Assembly: GCA_965248925.1 (NCBI GenBank)
Contig: CBDFLE010000005.1
Span: 1,248,001 to 1,312,000 of the forward strand
Direction of reading: 5' to 3'
Length of the DNA: 64,000 nucleotides
DNA from: Candidatus Multivoradales bacterium
Lineage (GTDB): Bacteria > Acidobacteriota > Thermoanaerobaculia > Multivoradales > J023
Shown here: piece after piece, positions 10,165-20,381 of the stretch
How the letters are laid out: every line of letters starts with the position of its first letter
Numbering within the stretch: the first letter of the stretch is position 1
Notes under the pieces: generated by a model
The model's database searches: none
What the model was told of the DNA's origin: nothing
What the model saw: only the letters and a program-made list of their open reading frames with translations
Position numbers and translations under genes: made by a program

Positions 10165-11388
10165 TCCTGGGATCGGCGGCGGCTCTCGTTTCAAGAGGGC
10201 CATGAGGTCGCGGCGCTCAAAGAGGTTCAATTGAAGGAGGCGCAAGGCCTCCCGTAAACTACTGGAAAGACGGTGCTTGTGCTTGATGAAAGCGAGCAAT
10301 AGGTAGACGCACATGGCGATCCAAAGCTGAGTCAGCACGGCGTTGCGGCTGGTGCCGACGAAAGTCTTGATCTTCAGATTCTGCTTGATCCACTTGAAGA
10401 AGAGTTCAATTTGCCAACGTTCGTGGTAGATATCGGCAATGGTCTGAGGTAACAGGCGGAACAGGTTCGTCAAGAAATAGTAGATCTTGCCGGTCTCAGG
10501 GTCGCGATAGCCTACTCTCCGCAGAGGCATCGGGCAGTCACGACACGCCTTCACACCGGTCCATTCGATCGTTTGGTCGCTCATCAAACCCTTGGAACGA
10601 TTGACTCTTCGACGTTCGGTCACGCGGTACTTGGCCCCGCGCTTCAGACGGGTCACAAAGAAAAGACCCTTCTCGCTCAGCTGACGAAACCAGCTGTAGC
10701 TGTTGTAACCACGATCACAAGCTACGATGCTTCCTCGTGGCAGCGTCAGGCTCTTGCAGCCCGCGATGTCACCTGTTTTTCCATCCGAGATCGCAACGAA
10801 GGCAGGCAAGTAGCCACCGTGATCCAACCCCACATGCAGCTTGATCGCTCCCTTGGTCGTACGAAACTTCGCCCACGGGAATATCGACAGACAAAGGTCT
10901 ATCACCGAGGCGTCAAGCGAGAACAAGCGGTTCTTGAACCGGAACGTATGCTTGGGCGCCACTGCTTGAGCACGGCCCAGAAGTCTCCCAAATAGCTCTT
11001 CAAAAAGGAGATAGGGCTTCTCTTCGTTGATCCGTGCCAAGTTGGATCGCGACAGGACTCGGCAGCCGAGATGGTAGAGCTTGTGCCGCTGCGCTCGTAG
11101 ATTGTCAACGATGTCGCGCAAGCTAGAACGCCCGGACAGCTGGGCCATCATCAGAGCCACCAGCTGCGACCAGCGGCTCGCAGTGCGGAACTGGCGACCG
11201 GCGTGGTGGCGTTTTGCGAGGGCCTCGAATTCATGTCTCGAAATCAGTTGCAGTAGCTGGGCGAAGACGGTGCTATGATGTGCCAAGGCTCAGATCTCCC
11301 TTTGATTCAGCCGTTTAGCGATGACTGATTCTATCAAGACCAGGGAGGTTTGAGCCTATTTTTCTGCGAAGTTAACGGGACAGCAGTG
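10116..11388 (-). mobile_element. IS4-family insertion sequence, 1273 bp
   Basis: Perfect 21-bp terminal IRs CACTGCTGTCCCGTTAACTTC (10116-10136) / GAAGTTAACGGGACAGCAGTG (11368-11388). 9-bp target duplication GTGGCAACA at 10107-10115 and 11389-11397. Confidence 0.96.
10129..11286 (-). CDS. IS4-family DDE transposase (DUF4372-type N-terminus)
   Basis: 385 aa; LDASVIDL, DRGY and Y..RWQIELFFKWIKQNL (YREK-like) motifs. Confidence 0.95.
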   Translation of the reverse strand: MAHHSTVFAQLLQLISRHEFEALAKRHHAGRQFRTASRWSQLVALMMAQLSGRSSLRDIVDNLRAQRHKLYHLGCRVLSRSNLARINEEKPYLLFEELFGRLLGRAQAVAPKHTFRFKNRLFSLDASVIDLCLSIFPWAKFRTTKGAIKLHVGLDHGGYLPAFVAISDGKTGDIAGCKSLTLPRGSIVACDRGYNSYSWFRQLSEKGLFFVTRLKRGAKYRVTERRRVNRSKGLMSDQTIEWTGVKACRDCPMPLRRVGYRDPETGKIYYFLTNLFRLLPQTIADIYHERWQIELFFKWIKQNLKIKTFVGTSRNAVLTQLWIAMCVYLLLAFIKHKHRLSSSLREALRLLQLNLFERRDLMALLKREPPPIPGLDERQLVIVGS

Positions 11389-11425
11389 GTGGCAACATCA
11401 AGATGCAATAGACTTTGGTTTTTAA
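11389..11425 (+). pseudogene. Displaced native 3' end of the Rhs toxin gene
   Basis: Removing the IS and one TSD restores ...EEYKSQWQHQDAIDFGF* with the stop at 11423-11425, 1 nt before the next ATG. Confidence 0.9.
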
Positions 11426-11426
11426 A

Positions 11427-11789
11427 ATGAAGTACGAGAAAACCACTGACAGAATGACGTTCCTGAGATTCGTCAAGAGTCTGCATAGATATACAGGAAT
11501 GTATGTACCTAGCGAAGACTATTCCGGTGTTTCGTCAGCCATCTTGGGGTACGACTTAGCCTCCGGAAATAGCGTGATGGAAGTCTTCAAGGATTGGTTG
11601 GTAGCAAAGCATTCAGCCCCATCAAGTCTAAGTTGGATGTCGGCAGTTCTTCACTTATCTGGACTCCCGATGCAGTCGGGAAATACTCTCACAAGAGACG
11701 AGCAAAACCGCGCCATATCGAAGTTGTTCCAACTACTTTTCGAACATTTAGAAGGGCAAGAGTGCCCCCCCGAGAGGGATGGCAAATGA
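11427..11789 (+). CDS. Putative cognate immunity protein of the Rhs papain-fold toxin (120 aa)
   Basis: ATG directly follows the reconstructed toxin stop; low GC; small helical protein with GMY...GYD...F.DWL...W pattern. Function is inferred from position. Confidence 0.75.
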   Translation: MKYEKTTDRMTFLRFVKSLHRYTGMYVPSEDYSGVSSAILGYDLASGNSVMEVFKDWLVAKHSAPSSLSWMSAVLHLSGLPMQSGNTLTRDEQNRAISKLFQLLFEHLEGQECPPERDGK

Positions 11790-11842
11790 ACAGCAAACTG
11801 GTGAAAGAGCCTCTGCTTGGTGGTTTTCAACCATCTAGAACC

Positions 11843-13113
11843 TGTGCATCGCCAATAAAATACCGACCTGTTTTCTCAACGACTTACAGCCCATAGGCCG
11901 AAACGCATACATCTTGCTTGACGGAGCCCGTCAGGGCATGATCGGCCCATGATCCGAGCTTCCTTGGCTTCCCTCGCTTCCCTATTCCGATCCCGATCTG
12001 ATCCTCGAGAACGCCGCTCTTCGCCAACAGCTCGCGGTTCTTCAGGGCCAGAAGCCGCGCCGCAGAATGCCGACGCTCGGTCGACTCTTCTGGGTCGCTC
12101 GTCGCCGTTTCTGGCCGAGATGCGTGATGCTCTGATTCTGGTGAAGCCCGAGACGGTCGTCCGATGGCATCGGCTCGGCTTCCGTGCCTACTGGACATGG
12201 AAGTCCAAGAAGCGCCGGCCAGGTCGACCGAGGATTGATCCAGAGCTGCGGAAGATCATCCGTCGAATGGCGAACGAGAACCCGACGTGGGGCGCGCCAA
12301 GGGTACACGCAGAGCTTCGGCTACTCGGATTCGATGTCGCTGAAAGGACGGTCTTGCGGTACCTACCGAAGCCGGCCAACCCCGACGCTGTTCGTCGCTG
12401 GATGGTCTTCCTCCGACAGCACCGTAAGGCTCTGGTCGGTATGGACTTCTTCGTGGTCAACACCTTGACGTTTCGGCTGCTTCACGTCCTTTTCATCATC
12501 CACCACGACCGCCGACGAATCGTCCATTAGGCTGTAACCAGATCGCCGAATCTGGACTGGGTTCGGCAGCAATTGCGGCACGCCTTTCCCTACGACACGG
12601 CGCAGGGATTCTTGGTCCTCGATCGTGATCCTCGCTTCTGTTCAGCCATCCTGGACTTCATCAAGGACATTGGTACCAAACCGGTCCGAATTTCGCCTCG
12701 CAGTCCCTGGCAGAATGGAGCCGCGCAGCGATGGGTAGGATCTGTACGTCGAGAGCCCCTCCGCCATGTCATCGTCCTCAACGAAGACCATCTTCGGCGA
12801 CTGCTTGCTGGCTACGTCGCCTACCATCACGATGATCGACCGCACCTTGCTCTCGGAAAGGACTCACCGGCCGGCAGAGAGGTGGAGCGCCCACAAGGCG
12901 AGGGTGCCAAGGTCGTCGCGTTCCCGAGGTGCGATGGGTTGCACCATCGCTATCGTTGGGCTGCAACAGCCTGACTTCCCTGCTCCTTCACAACCCGGTC
13001 CTGCCTCGCCCTTCGAACTCGCGGAGAACTGCGTTCGCCTAAATCGTCGGTGGAGGCGCCATCAGGTAGAATCTCGGCGAAGATCGGGCCGGATTGGGTT
13101 TTGGCGAGGGACA
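11843..13113 (+). mobile_element. IS481-like (integrase-core) element, copy 1, degenerate
   Basis: Ends TGTGCATCGCCAAT... / ...TTTGGCGAGGGACA (imperfect IR, TGT...ACA). Homologous throughout to 18445-19642 + 22177-22243. Confidence 0.75.
11949..12974 (+). pseudogene. Integrase-core (rve) transposase pseudogene
   Basis: Frameshifted near 12000-12110 relative to the copy at 18540. TAG at 12528-12530 where the other copy has TGG. Catalytic E replaced (AAQRWVG). Confidence 0.88.
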
Positions 13114-13275
13114 GGGAACAGGCTCGTTCATGGGGCTACCCTGCCACGTCAGCGGCCAAGTTGACAGTACCCTTTGCCGCCACCAGGCGCTTCCGTCAAG
13201 CAACTACCCTCTGTGCCAATGTAAGTGAGACACTCCCGTACCGATAAATTAGTGAGGGCGTGGAGAGCAAACACC

Positions 13276-13689
13276 ATGGCGAGTCCAAGCCACGAGCTGC
13301 GAGATATGAGTGCTGACCGACCAGATCCCGAGGTAACTGAGAAGGCGAAGCGGCGGCGGTACAGCGCGTCGTACAAGCTGAGCATCGTCCAGGCCGCCGA
13401 CGCCTGTAGCAAAGCCGGCGAGATTGGCGCCCTGCTTCGCCGGGAGGGTCTGTATTCCTCACTCCTATCGAAGTGGCGCCAGCAACGCGATGCCAGTGCT
13501 CTGGCCGGTTTGTCGAAGAAGCGTGGTCGCAAGCGTCGACCGGAATCTGCTGAGGCCCGCCGGGTCGCGGAGCTTGAGCGTGAGAATGCTCGGCTCAAGC
13601 ATCAGCTGTACAAAGCCGAGACGATCATCGATGTCCAAAAAAAACTTTCCCGGCTGCTAGGGATCGAGCCGAGCGAGAGCCAGCCATGA
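13276..13689 (+). CDS. IS3-family transposase OrfA
   Basis: HTH region GEIGALLRREGLYSS and leucine-zipper-like LERENARLKHQL. The A8 run at 13637-13644 has an open -1 frame into OrfB. Confidence 0.9.
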   Translation: MASPSHELRDMSADRPDPEVTEKAKRRRYSASYKLSIVQAADACSKAGEIGALLRREGLYSSLLSKWRQQRDASALAGLSKKRGRKRRPESAEARRVAELERENARLKHQLYKAETIIDVQKKLSRLLGIEPSESQP

Positions 13690-14807
13690 GCGCTGTGGCG
13701 CCGCTGGCCGAGACGGTGGGGGTGCAAGCAGCCTGCGTCGCCTTGGCGGTCCCCAGAGCCACTTTTTATCGCCGCCGTCGGCAGCAGAGCGCAGGGCCGC
13801 AGCTATCAACGCGGCCTCGACCGCCGCTGGCATTGACGCCCGCTGAACGCCAGGAGGTCCTCGATGTGTTGCACTCGGAGCGCTTCGTCGACCGCTCGCC
13901 GCGTCAAGTCTGGGCGGCGCTGCTGGACGAGGATCAGCGCCATATCTGCTCGGTGCGCACCATGTACCGGGTCCTGGAGTCTGAGGGCGAGCTGCGCGAG
14001 CGACGCCGTCAGCGGCGTCATCCCAACTACACCAAGCCCGAACTGCTGGCCACAGGGCCGAACGAGGTGTGGTCGTGGGACATCACCAAGCTCAAGGGCC
14101 CGGTGAAGTGGACCCACTACTACCTTTACGTAATTCTGGACGTCTTCAGCCGCTACATCGTCGGCTGGATGCTCGCCTCCCGCGAGTCCGGAGGACTCGC
14201 CAAGCGGTTGATCGCCGACAGTGTTGAGAAGCAAGGTGTTGAGCGAGATCGACTTACCTTGCACTCGGACCGCGGTTCGAGCATGACATCCAAGCCAGTG
14301 GCTCTACTGCTGGCCGATCTCGGGATGACACGGTCGCTGAACCGGCCCTACACGAGCAACGACAATCCGTTCTCTGAGGCCCAGTTCAAGACGCTCAAGT
14401 ACCATCCGAGCTTTCCCGACCGCTTCGGATCACTGGAAGATGCACGAGCGTTCTGCCGCTCGTTCCTCGGCTGGTACAACACGCAGCACTACCACACAGG
14501 ACTCGGTTTGTTGACGCCAGAGACCGTCCACTACGGCCTCACGGCCTCAGTGCTGGAGCAACGTCGAGAAGTCCTCGCCGCCGCCTCAGCCGCTCATCCA
14601 AGCCGCTTCAAGCGGCGAACGCCGGCTTTGCCGGAGCCCAGTGGCGAGGTCTGGATCAACCCGCCGATCACCACCACCAGCACTGACCCAGCCGATACCG
14701 AGAACGAGGTGACACACCGCGTAGACGACGACGCACCAGGCGAGACACCTGCCTGCGCGCCCTCGTTGAAAGCGATGGTGCCGGAGCCACTACCGATTCC
14801 GTACTAA
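13686..14807 (+). CDS. IS3-family transposase OrfB (DDE integrase core)
   Basis: WSWDIT, HSDRGS and NDNPFSEAQFKTLKY motifs; ATGA overlap with OrfA. Confidence 0.93.
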   Translation: MSAVAPLAETVGVQAACVALAVPRATFYRRRRQQSAGPQLSTRPRPPLALTPAERQEVLDVLHSERFVDRSPRQVWAALLDEDQRHICSVRTMYRVLESEGELRERRRQRRHPNYTKPELLATGPNEVWSWDITKLKGPVKWTHYYLYVILDVFSRYIVGWMLASRESGGLAKRLIADSVEKQGVERDRLTLHSDRGSSMTSKPVALLLADLGMTRSLNRPYTSNDNPFSEAQFKTLKYHPSFPDRFGSLEDARAFCRSFLGWYNTQHYHTGLGLLTPETVHYGLTASVLEQRREVLAAASAAHPSRFKRRTPALPEPSGEVWINPPITTTSTDPADTENEVTHRVDDDAPGETPACAPSLKAMVPEPLPIPY

Positions 14808-15193
14808 TTCCCAGAAGAAAGTGTCTCATTCTCATTGACACATTCCGCTACTCGCCAAGGCCGCTTGATTTCAGCGAGACACGCGAAGGATTTCGGAAGT
14901 AGAGGGTTGACCCCTTCGCGCACTTTTCTCCTGAAATGCGGACTCGCCATGCCGATATGAGGCCTTAGCATTTTAATATGATAACAATTCACCCCCTGGC
15001 AAAGCTCCAATAGGTCGCGACTAAGTCCTTTCCAATCAATTACTTGCGGTCCTGAGCAATCAAGGTGGCATCACAATTGCTTTTCAAAGATTCATCGCAC
15101 TCCCCCATATGGAGTTCTAGACAGGCGGTCCTAGGGGTACTTGTCCCAGGCCTCCTGAAGCTCTCCGAATGATCGGCACAATGGAGAAGGCAA

Positions 15194-18100
15194 TTGAAGA
15201 CATACTTCTTAGTAACTCTCACCACTATTGCGCTATTGGCCTTTGTCAACGACCGGGCTTCAGCTCAAAGCTGCGCCGTTTTCGGCCTTCCCACCGACCT
15301 TCCCGTGGTCGGTGACTGGAACGGTGATGGAACGGATAGCATCGGCATCTACCGCAATACCCATTGGGATGTTGACTACAACGGCAACGCCGTCTGGGAG
15401 GGTGGCGGAATCGATCGATCCTGGGACTTCGGCGAGGCTGGAGACAAACCCGTTGTCGGGGATTGGAACGGCGACGGCAGGGACAATATAGGTGTCTTTC
15501 GCTCGGACGGCTGGTGGCACCTCGACTACAACGGCAACGGCGTTTGGAACGGCTGCGGGGCGGACCGTTGCGCTCAGTTCGGCTTTGGCACCGACCAACC
15601 GGTGGTCGGAGACTGGAACGGCGATGGCAGAGACGATATAGGCATCTTCCGTGACTGGTTATGGGACATCGACCTCAACGGTAGTCTGGGCTGGGAGGGT
15701 CCGCCCCTCGATCGTTCCACGGTCTTCGGCCTGACCGGAGACATCGGCGTGCCCGGAGATTGGAACGGCGACGGCGTGGACGAGATCGCGGTCTACCGTC
15801 CGACGACCTGGTCGCTGGACCTGAACGGCAACGGCCTCTGGGACGGGATACCCCCCGACGGCGCCTTCAACTTCGGGGTCGCGGGCCACCTGCCGGTGGT
15901 CGCTGATTGGGATGGCGACGGGACAGACGAAGCGGGCATGTTCAACGGCGCCCATTGGTATTGGGACGGCTGCTTCCTGCCACCGGTAGCGGCCGACGAC
16001 ACAGCCACGACCGGCGCCGACTCGCCGGTGGAGATCGACGTCGTGGCCAACGATCTCGATCCCGACTTGCTGCCCCTGTCGCTGGCTACGAGCCCCAACC
16101 CGGTGGTGGTCCAGCCGAGCAACGGCACGGCGGTCCGCTCCAGCTCGACGCGCATCCGCTATACCCCCAACGCCGGATTCTCCGGCACGGACAGCTTCCG
16201 CTATCGGGTCACGGCGAGCGATGGAGAGACCGACCAGGCCGACGTTACGGTAACCGTGACCTCCATTCCAGGACCGGACATCACGCTGGTGAACCGCCGC
16301 ACGATCCCCATGACCAGCGCCGTGACGGTGATCGTCCGGGGCCGCAACATGGCCAACGCCATCATCCGAATCCCGGATCCCGAAGACCCGAATCAGGTTG
16401 CCCCAACAGTGCAGAGCATCACGGTCACCCCGGTCGGCAGTCAACATCGATATGACATTGTTTTAGACACTTCGGATCCGCGGACCGAAGGACCCTTCGC
16501 CATTTTCGTCGAGAACGGGGCCGGACCCGCCGGAGGCGCCATCGAGGACGTGCGCGTCGTGCCGAACCGGCCGGTGGTCGACGCCTACACGCCGGCGGTG
16601 GCGGTCGACGGCGCCTCTTACGTACTGATGGCCTCCGGTGCCAACCTGCTGAATGCCAGTGTGCAGTCATCGCATCCCAACATCTCGATCACCGAGCTCG
16701 ACAATTCGGACGACTCGATGCTCACCGGCCTGCTCATCGTCGAGTCCGGCGCCCCTCCGGGCAACTTCAACCTGACCCTGGGCGCCCCCGGCGGCGGTAC
16801 GATCCAGTTGCCCCTCGAGCTGCCCTTCGAGCCGCCCTCCCTACTGGGGTCCCAGAGCGAGCCCACCGGCTATGACCTTACTTCGGGTACGAAGAACCCT
16901 GGTCCCCCGATCTACTTTCAGGCGCCTACTTACCTCACGGGTGGGCTTCCGACGCCTCCGCCGCCGACCGGGAAAAGCGGCTTCGGAAATACTTCAGCCA
17001 AGCTGGGGGGGAGTTGCATCTTCCCGGATACGTTCTATCGCTCCCGGAGTTCAAGCAGCCGATTCGATATCAAAGTGAGCCCGCTAAACCTCGCCGGCAT
17101 GGTGGATCCCGACGTTTTGAAGAATATGGATGTAGGTGAGATTCGGCGCTTAGGGGCCGGAGGCGTCGCCGTCATGGCGAATGTCACCGTCCTGGCCGAG
17201 GTCGCCTACTGCCAGGAGAGTGAGAGATTTACCTTCACCGTCTGCATCGTCGCGAACTTCGGAGCAGAGCTGTTGGGTGGGTCCGGCCTGGTGGAAAGCG
17301 GCATCCAATGCTTTCCCGGCGGCGGTTTCATTCAGACGGAAAATACCACCGGGACGCTCGATTCCTTCGAGATCTCATCGCCACGGCAGTGTACTAAGAT
17401 CCTCCCGCCAGGCCCACCGCCGCCACCGGAAGGCCAAGCGGCTGCCAAGATCGAGCTCGACCAATGCTGTGCCGAGACCGTCACGTACTCCGCTGCGGGC
17501 GTCGCCTTCCAGACGTCGCCCTTCGCTAGGTCCTACAGTGAGCTCGACCGGCCTCTTGCCCTGGCCACGCCCACGTGTGGCGCCGATCAGTACGAGGTCG
17601 AGATACGGGCCTTCATTCCCGTCGACCACATCAACATATTTCCGTTCTCTTGCCAGGAACCCTTCAATCCAAGGGTACACGCGCTGCTCGATGTGGGCGA
17701 TGACCGCGGATTCATGGCGGATCCACCTCTATCCGAGGCAGGGACCAACGGCTTCCGTCTCGAACAGAAGGTTACGGTGATACCGAACGCGGCGGGCTGC
17801 AGCGCTACTTCTGGCTGCCGCAGCAATGGGGAGTTGTTCTTGAGCCGGAGAACCAAACTTGGGCGTACGGATGTCATGGCTGACAATGCCCTCGAAAACT
17901 CTCCAATCAATCAGATAACCATCGCCGACTATGACAGCAATTTCCAGGATTGCTATTTGTGGGATGACAGAGCAACCACTACTCCGAGTACGGATCTGGT
18001 GGTCGTGGACCGGAACGATTCCGACACCGTGATGATCACGATGATCATGGGGGCAGCGAATCCAACTATCCCTCTTGCTCCGGATATCGACTGGCACATG

Positions 18101-18331
18101 AGAATGAGGATCCACGACGACGGTACCTACGAGATCTCAAATACCCATGATTGCTATCCGGCTTACGAGGTCTATATCAACGACCAGCAGGTTTGGGGAT
18201 TCATGCCGACCTTCAACTCGTTCACTCACGTTGGGTGTTGCCTTCCAGGGATAGCCAACGTCACTCATTTCTGCGACGGCACCATTGGCGACCCACCTTG
18301 CTACTTGCGGAATGGGGGTACCTGCCCTTAG
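15194..18331 (+). CDS. Secreted multidomain protein: signal peptide, FG-GAP-like (PVVGDWNGDG) repeats, Ig-like/cadherin-type domain, further Ig-like domains, C-terminal DUF3238-like domain
   Basis: Hydrophobic N-terminus ending ASA. Five GDW[ND]GDG repeats. PPVAADDTAT...YTPNAGFSGTDSFRY Ig domain. C-terminal RAFIP...GDDRGF...AANP..PLAPDID...HDCYPAYEVYIN. Confidence 0.85.
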   Translation: MKTYFLVTLTTIALLAFVNDRASAQSCAVFGLPTDLPVVGDWNGDGTDSIGIYRNTHWDVDYNGNAVWEGGGIDRSWDFGEAGDKPVVGDWNGDGRDNIGVFRSDGWWHLDYNGNGVWNGCGADRCAQFGFGTDQPVVGDWNGDGRDDIGIFRDWLWDIDLNGSLGWEGPPLDRSTVFGLTGDIGVPGDWNGDGVDEIAVYRPTTWSLDLNGNGLWDGIPPDGAFNFGVAGHLPVVADWDGDGTDEAGMFNGAHWYWDGCFLPPVAADDTATTGADSPVEIDVVANDLDPDLLPLSLATSPNPVVVQPSNGTAVRSSSTRIRYTPNAGFSGTDSFRYRVTASDGETDQADVTVTVTSIPGPDITLVNRRTIPMTSAVTVIVRGRNMANAIIRIPDPEDPNQVAPTVQSITVTPVGSQHRYDIVLDTSDPRTEGPFAIFVENGAGPAGGAIEDVRVVPNRPVVDAYTPAVAVDGASYVLMASGANLLNASVQSSHPNISITELDNSDDSMLTGLLIVESGAPPGNFNLTLGAPGGGTIQLPLELPFEPPSLLGSQSEPTGYDLTSGTKNPGPPIYFQAPTYLTGGLPTPPPPTGKSGFGNTSAKLGGSCIFPDTFYRSRSSSSRFDIKVSPLNLAGMVDPDVLKNMDVGEIRRLGAGGVAVMANVTVLAEVAYCQESERFTFTVCIVANFGAELLGGSGLVESGIQCFPGGGFIQTENTTGTLDSFEISSPRQCTKILPPGPPPPPEGQAAAKIELDQCCAETVTYSAAGVAFQTSPFARSYSELDRPLALATPTCGADQYEVEIRAFIPVDHINIFPFSCQEPFNPRVHALLDVGDDRGFMADPPLSEAGTNGFRLEQKVTVIPNAAGCSATSGCRSNGELFLSRRTKLGRTDVMADNALENSPINQITIADYDSNFQDCYLWDDRATTTPSTDLVVVDRNDSDTVMITMIMGAANPTIPLAPDIDWHMRMRIHDDGTYEISNTHDCYPAYEVYINDQQVWGFMPTFNSFTHVGCCLPGIANVTHFCDGTIGDPPCYLRNGGTCP

Positions 18332-18378
18332 CCGGAGCTAGCCGTCGTCACCCACGAGAGGCCGATGGCACGATTCGA

Positions 18379-18414
18379 GGCCCGGCGGGCGGTCATCCCG
18401 CCGTCCGCCGGGCC
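18379..18414 (+). terminator. GC-rich hairpin after the FG-GAP gene
   Basis: GGCCCGGCGGGCGG...CCGTCCGCCGGGCC 14-bp stem (one G-U); weak U tract. Confidence 0.5.
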
Positions 18415-18539
18415 CTTCGGAGGTTCCCCGAGCCCTGGTCGGGTTGTGCCTCGACAACAAAATACCGACCTGTTTTCTCAACGACTGACAGCCCATAGGC
18501 CGAAACGCATACGTCATGCTTGACGGATCCCGTCACGGC

Positions 18540-19571
18540 ATGATCCGCGCTTCCTTGGCGTTCCTCGCTTCTCTACTACGCTCCCGAACGGATCTCGCCC
18601 TCGAGAACGCCGCTCTTCGCCAACCGCTCGCGGTTCTCCAAGGCCAGAAACCACGACGCAGGATGCCGACGCTCGGTCGCCTGTTCTGGGTCGCTCTTCG
18701 CCGCTTCTGGCCGCAATGGCGGGACGCTCTGAATCTGGTGAAGCCCGAGACGGTCGCCCGATGGCATCGCCTCGGCTTCCGTGCCTACTGGACCTGGAAG
18801 TCCAAGAAGCGCCAGCCAGGCCGACCGAGAATTGATCCAGAACTGCGAAAACTCATTCGCAGAATGGCCAGAGAGAACTCAACGTGGAGAGCCCCAAGAA
18901 TCCACGCAGAGCTGCTCTTCCTCGGCTTTGAGGTAGCAGTGCGGACGGTCTTGCGGTACCTACCGAAGCCGACCAACCCTGATGCTGTTCGTCGCTGGAT
19001 GATCTTCCTGCGACAGCACCGGAAGGCACTGGTCGGTATGGACTTCTTCGTGGTCAACACGTTGAGTTTCAGGCTCCTGCATGTCCTCTTCTTCGTCCAC
19101 CACGAACACCGACAGATCGTTCATTGGGCGGTGACACAGCTGCCTACCCAAGAGTGGATTCAGCAGCAGATACGAGTAGCATTCCCCTTCGATACAGCGC
19201 CAGGCTATCTGGTCCTGGATCGGGATCCGTTGTTCAGCCTAGCGATCCGGGACTTCATTCGAGACATTGGCACGAAGCCGGTCAGGATTTCGCCGCGAAG
19301 CCCTTGGCAGAATGGGATTGCCGAATGTTGGGTCGGCTCGATTCGTCGAGGGCTACTCCACCACGTAATAGTCTTGAACGAAGATCATCTTCGGCGACTG
19401 ATTTCAGGCTACGTCGCCTACTACCAGGAAGACCGGCCGCACCTTGCTCTCAGAAAACAAGCACCAGCAGGCCGAGAGGTTGAGCGACCACCGAAAAAGG
19501 GTGCAGAGGTCGCTGCTTTTCTAAGGTGCGATGGGCTTCACCATCGCTATCATTGGGCTCAAGCAGCCTGA
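18540..19571 (+). CDS. Integrase-core (rve) DDE transposase
   Basis: VKPETVARWHR, GRPRID, MDFF, LDRD, SPWQNGIAE and GLHHRY motifs. Confidence 0.88.
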   Translation: MIRASLAFLASLLRSRTDLALENAALRQPLAVLQGQKPRRRMPTLGRLFWVALRRFWPQWRDALNLVKPETVARWHRLGFRAYWTWKSKKRQPGRPRIDPELRKLIRRMARENSTWRAPRIHAELLFLGFEVAVRTVLRYLPKPTNPDAVRRWMIFLRQHRKALVGMDFFVVNTLSFRLLHVLFFVHHEHRQIVHWAVTQLPTQEWIQQQIRVAFPFDTAPGYLVLDRDPLFSLAIRDFIRDIGTKPVRISPRSPWQNGIAECWVGSIRRGLLHHVIVLNEDHLRRLISGYVAYYQEDRPHLALRKQAPAGREVERPPKKGAEVAAFLRCDGLHHRYHWAQAA

Positions 19572-19703
19572 ACCCCCTGCTCTTTCACAACCCGGCCCAG
19601 CCTTGTCCTTCGAATTCGTGGTGAGGTGCGTTCGCCTGAATCCAGACCTCCTGACCTACCCCTCCTAACCCTCTGAAAACACAGGACCGCCCCTCAGAGG
19701 TGG

Positions 19704-20381
19704 TGCGGACCCAAAACTGTCCGCTTTTTTCGGTGCCGAGGCATGATCGAGCATGGCACTGACGAGCGAGCACACCGTCCTGTTCCCAGACCACGCCGGG
19801 GTCCCCGATGGGGTTGTGGTGATCAACGACCGCTGCCGCCTCCAGCAGAGGGGCGGCTATCGGGTGGTGGTGGTCAGCGGCATGCCGCTCGCTCACTTCG
19901 CTGCCGGCGACAGGACAGGCGAGGCCCACGCGATGGTGAGTCTCGTTGAATTGGGCTGGGCACAGCAACGCGAGGTGGCCCTTGCGTTCGCTTGTGATGT
20001 GCGGACTGTGCGCCGGAATCAGCGCCGCTTCGAAGAAGGTGGGCTGGCTGCTCTGGGCCGGCCGCGCGGTTTTCCCCGGGGTCAGTCTCGGGTAGCGCAG
20101 GGCCGCCTGGACGCGGTCAACGGCTGGAAGGCCGAGGGTGTGTCGAATCGCGAGATTGGCCGGCGGCTGGGCATCGATGAGAAGGCCGTTCGCAAGCTCG
20201 CCAAGCGCCTGGGCTGGAAAGAGCGGTCGGTAGTGCAGATGACGATGCCCTTCGAGAGTGCGGACCCAAAACTGTCCGCCTCTGATGAGCAGCAGGTCGA
20301 CGGCCCCCTGAAAACTGCGGATCTTGCGCTCGACGCTGAGGGTGGCGGTGACCCAGCGGCTGCGGACCCAAAACTGTCCGC
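19704..20381. repeat. Three identical 21-bp palindromic motifs TGCGGACCCAAAACTGTCCGC
   Basis: Copies at 19704-19724 (upstream of the ORF), 20259-20279 and 20361-20381 (inside the ORF, encoding ADPKLSA). Dyad GCGGAC-N8-GTCCGC. Confidence 0.9.

Larger units (their letters stand above)
13207..14847 (+). mobile_element. IS3-family element, copy 1 (1641 bp)
   Basis: Ends CCCTCTGTGCCAATG / CATTGACACATTCCG, shared with copy 2. 3-bp TSD CTA (13204-13206, 14848-14850). Confidence 0.93.

Noticed and set aside
11838-13119. GAAC as the target duplication of IS481-like copy 1
   Set aside because: It requires asymmetric ends relative to the TGT...ACA IR; too short and ambiguous to claim.
19704-20381. 21-bp palindromic repeats as a CRISPR array
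   Set aside because: Only three copies, irregular spacing (555 and 102 bp), two lie in a transposase ORF, and no cas genes are present.
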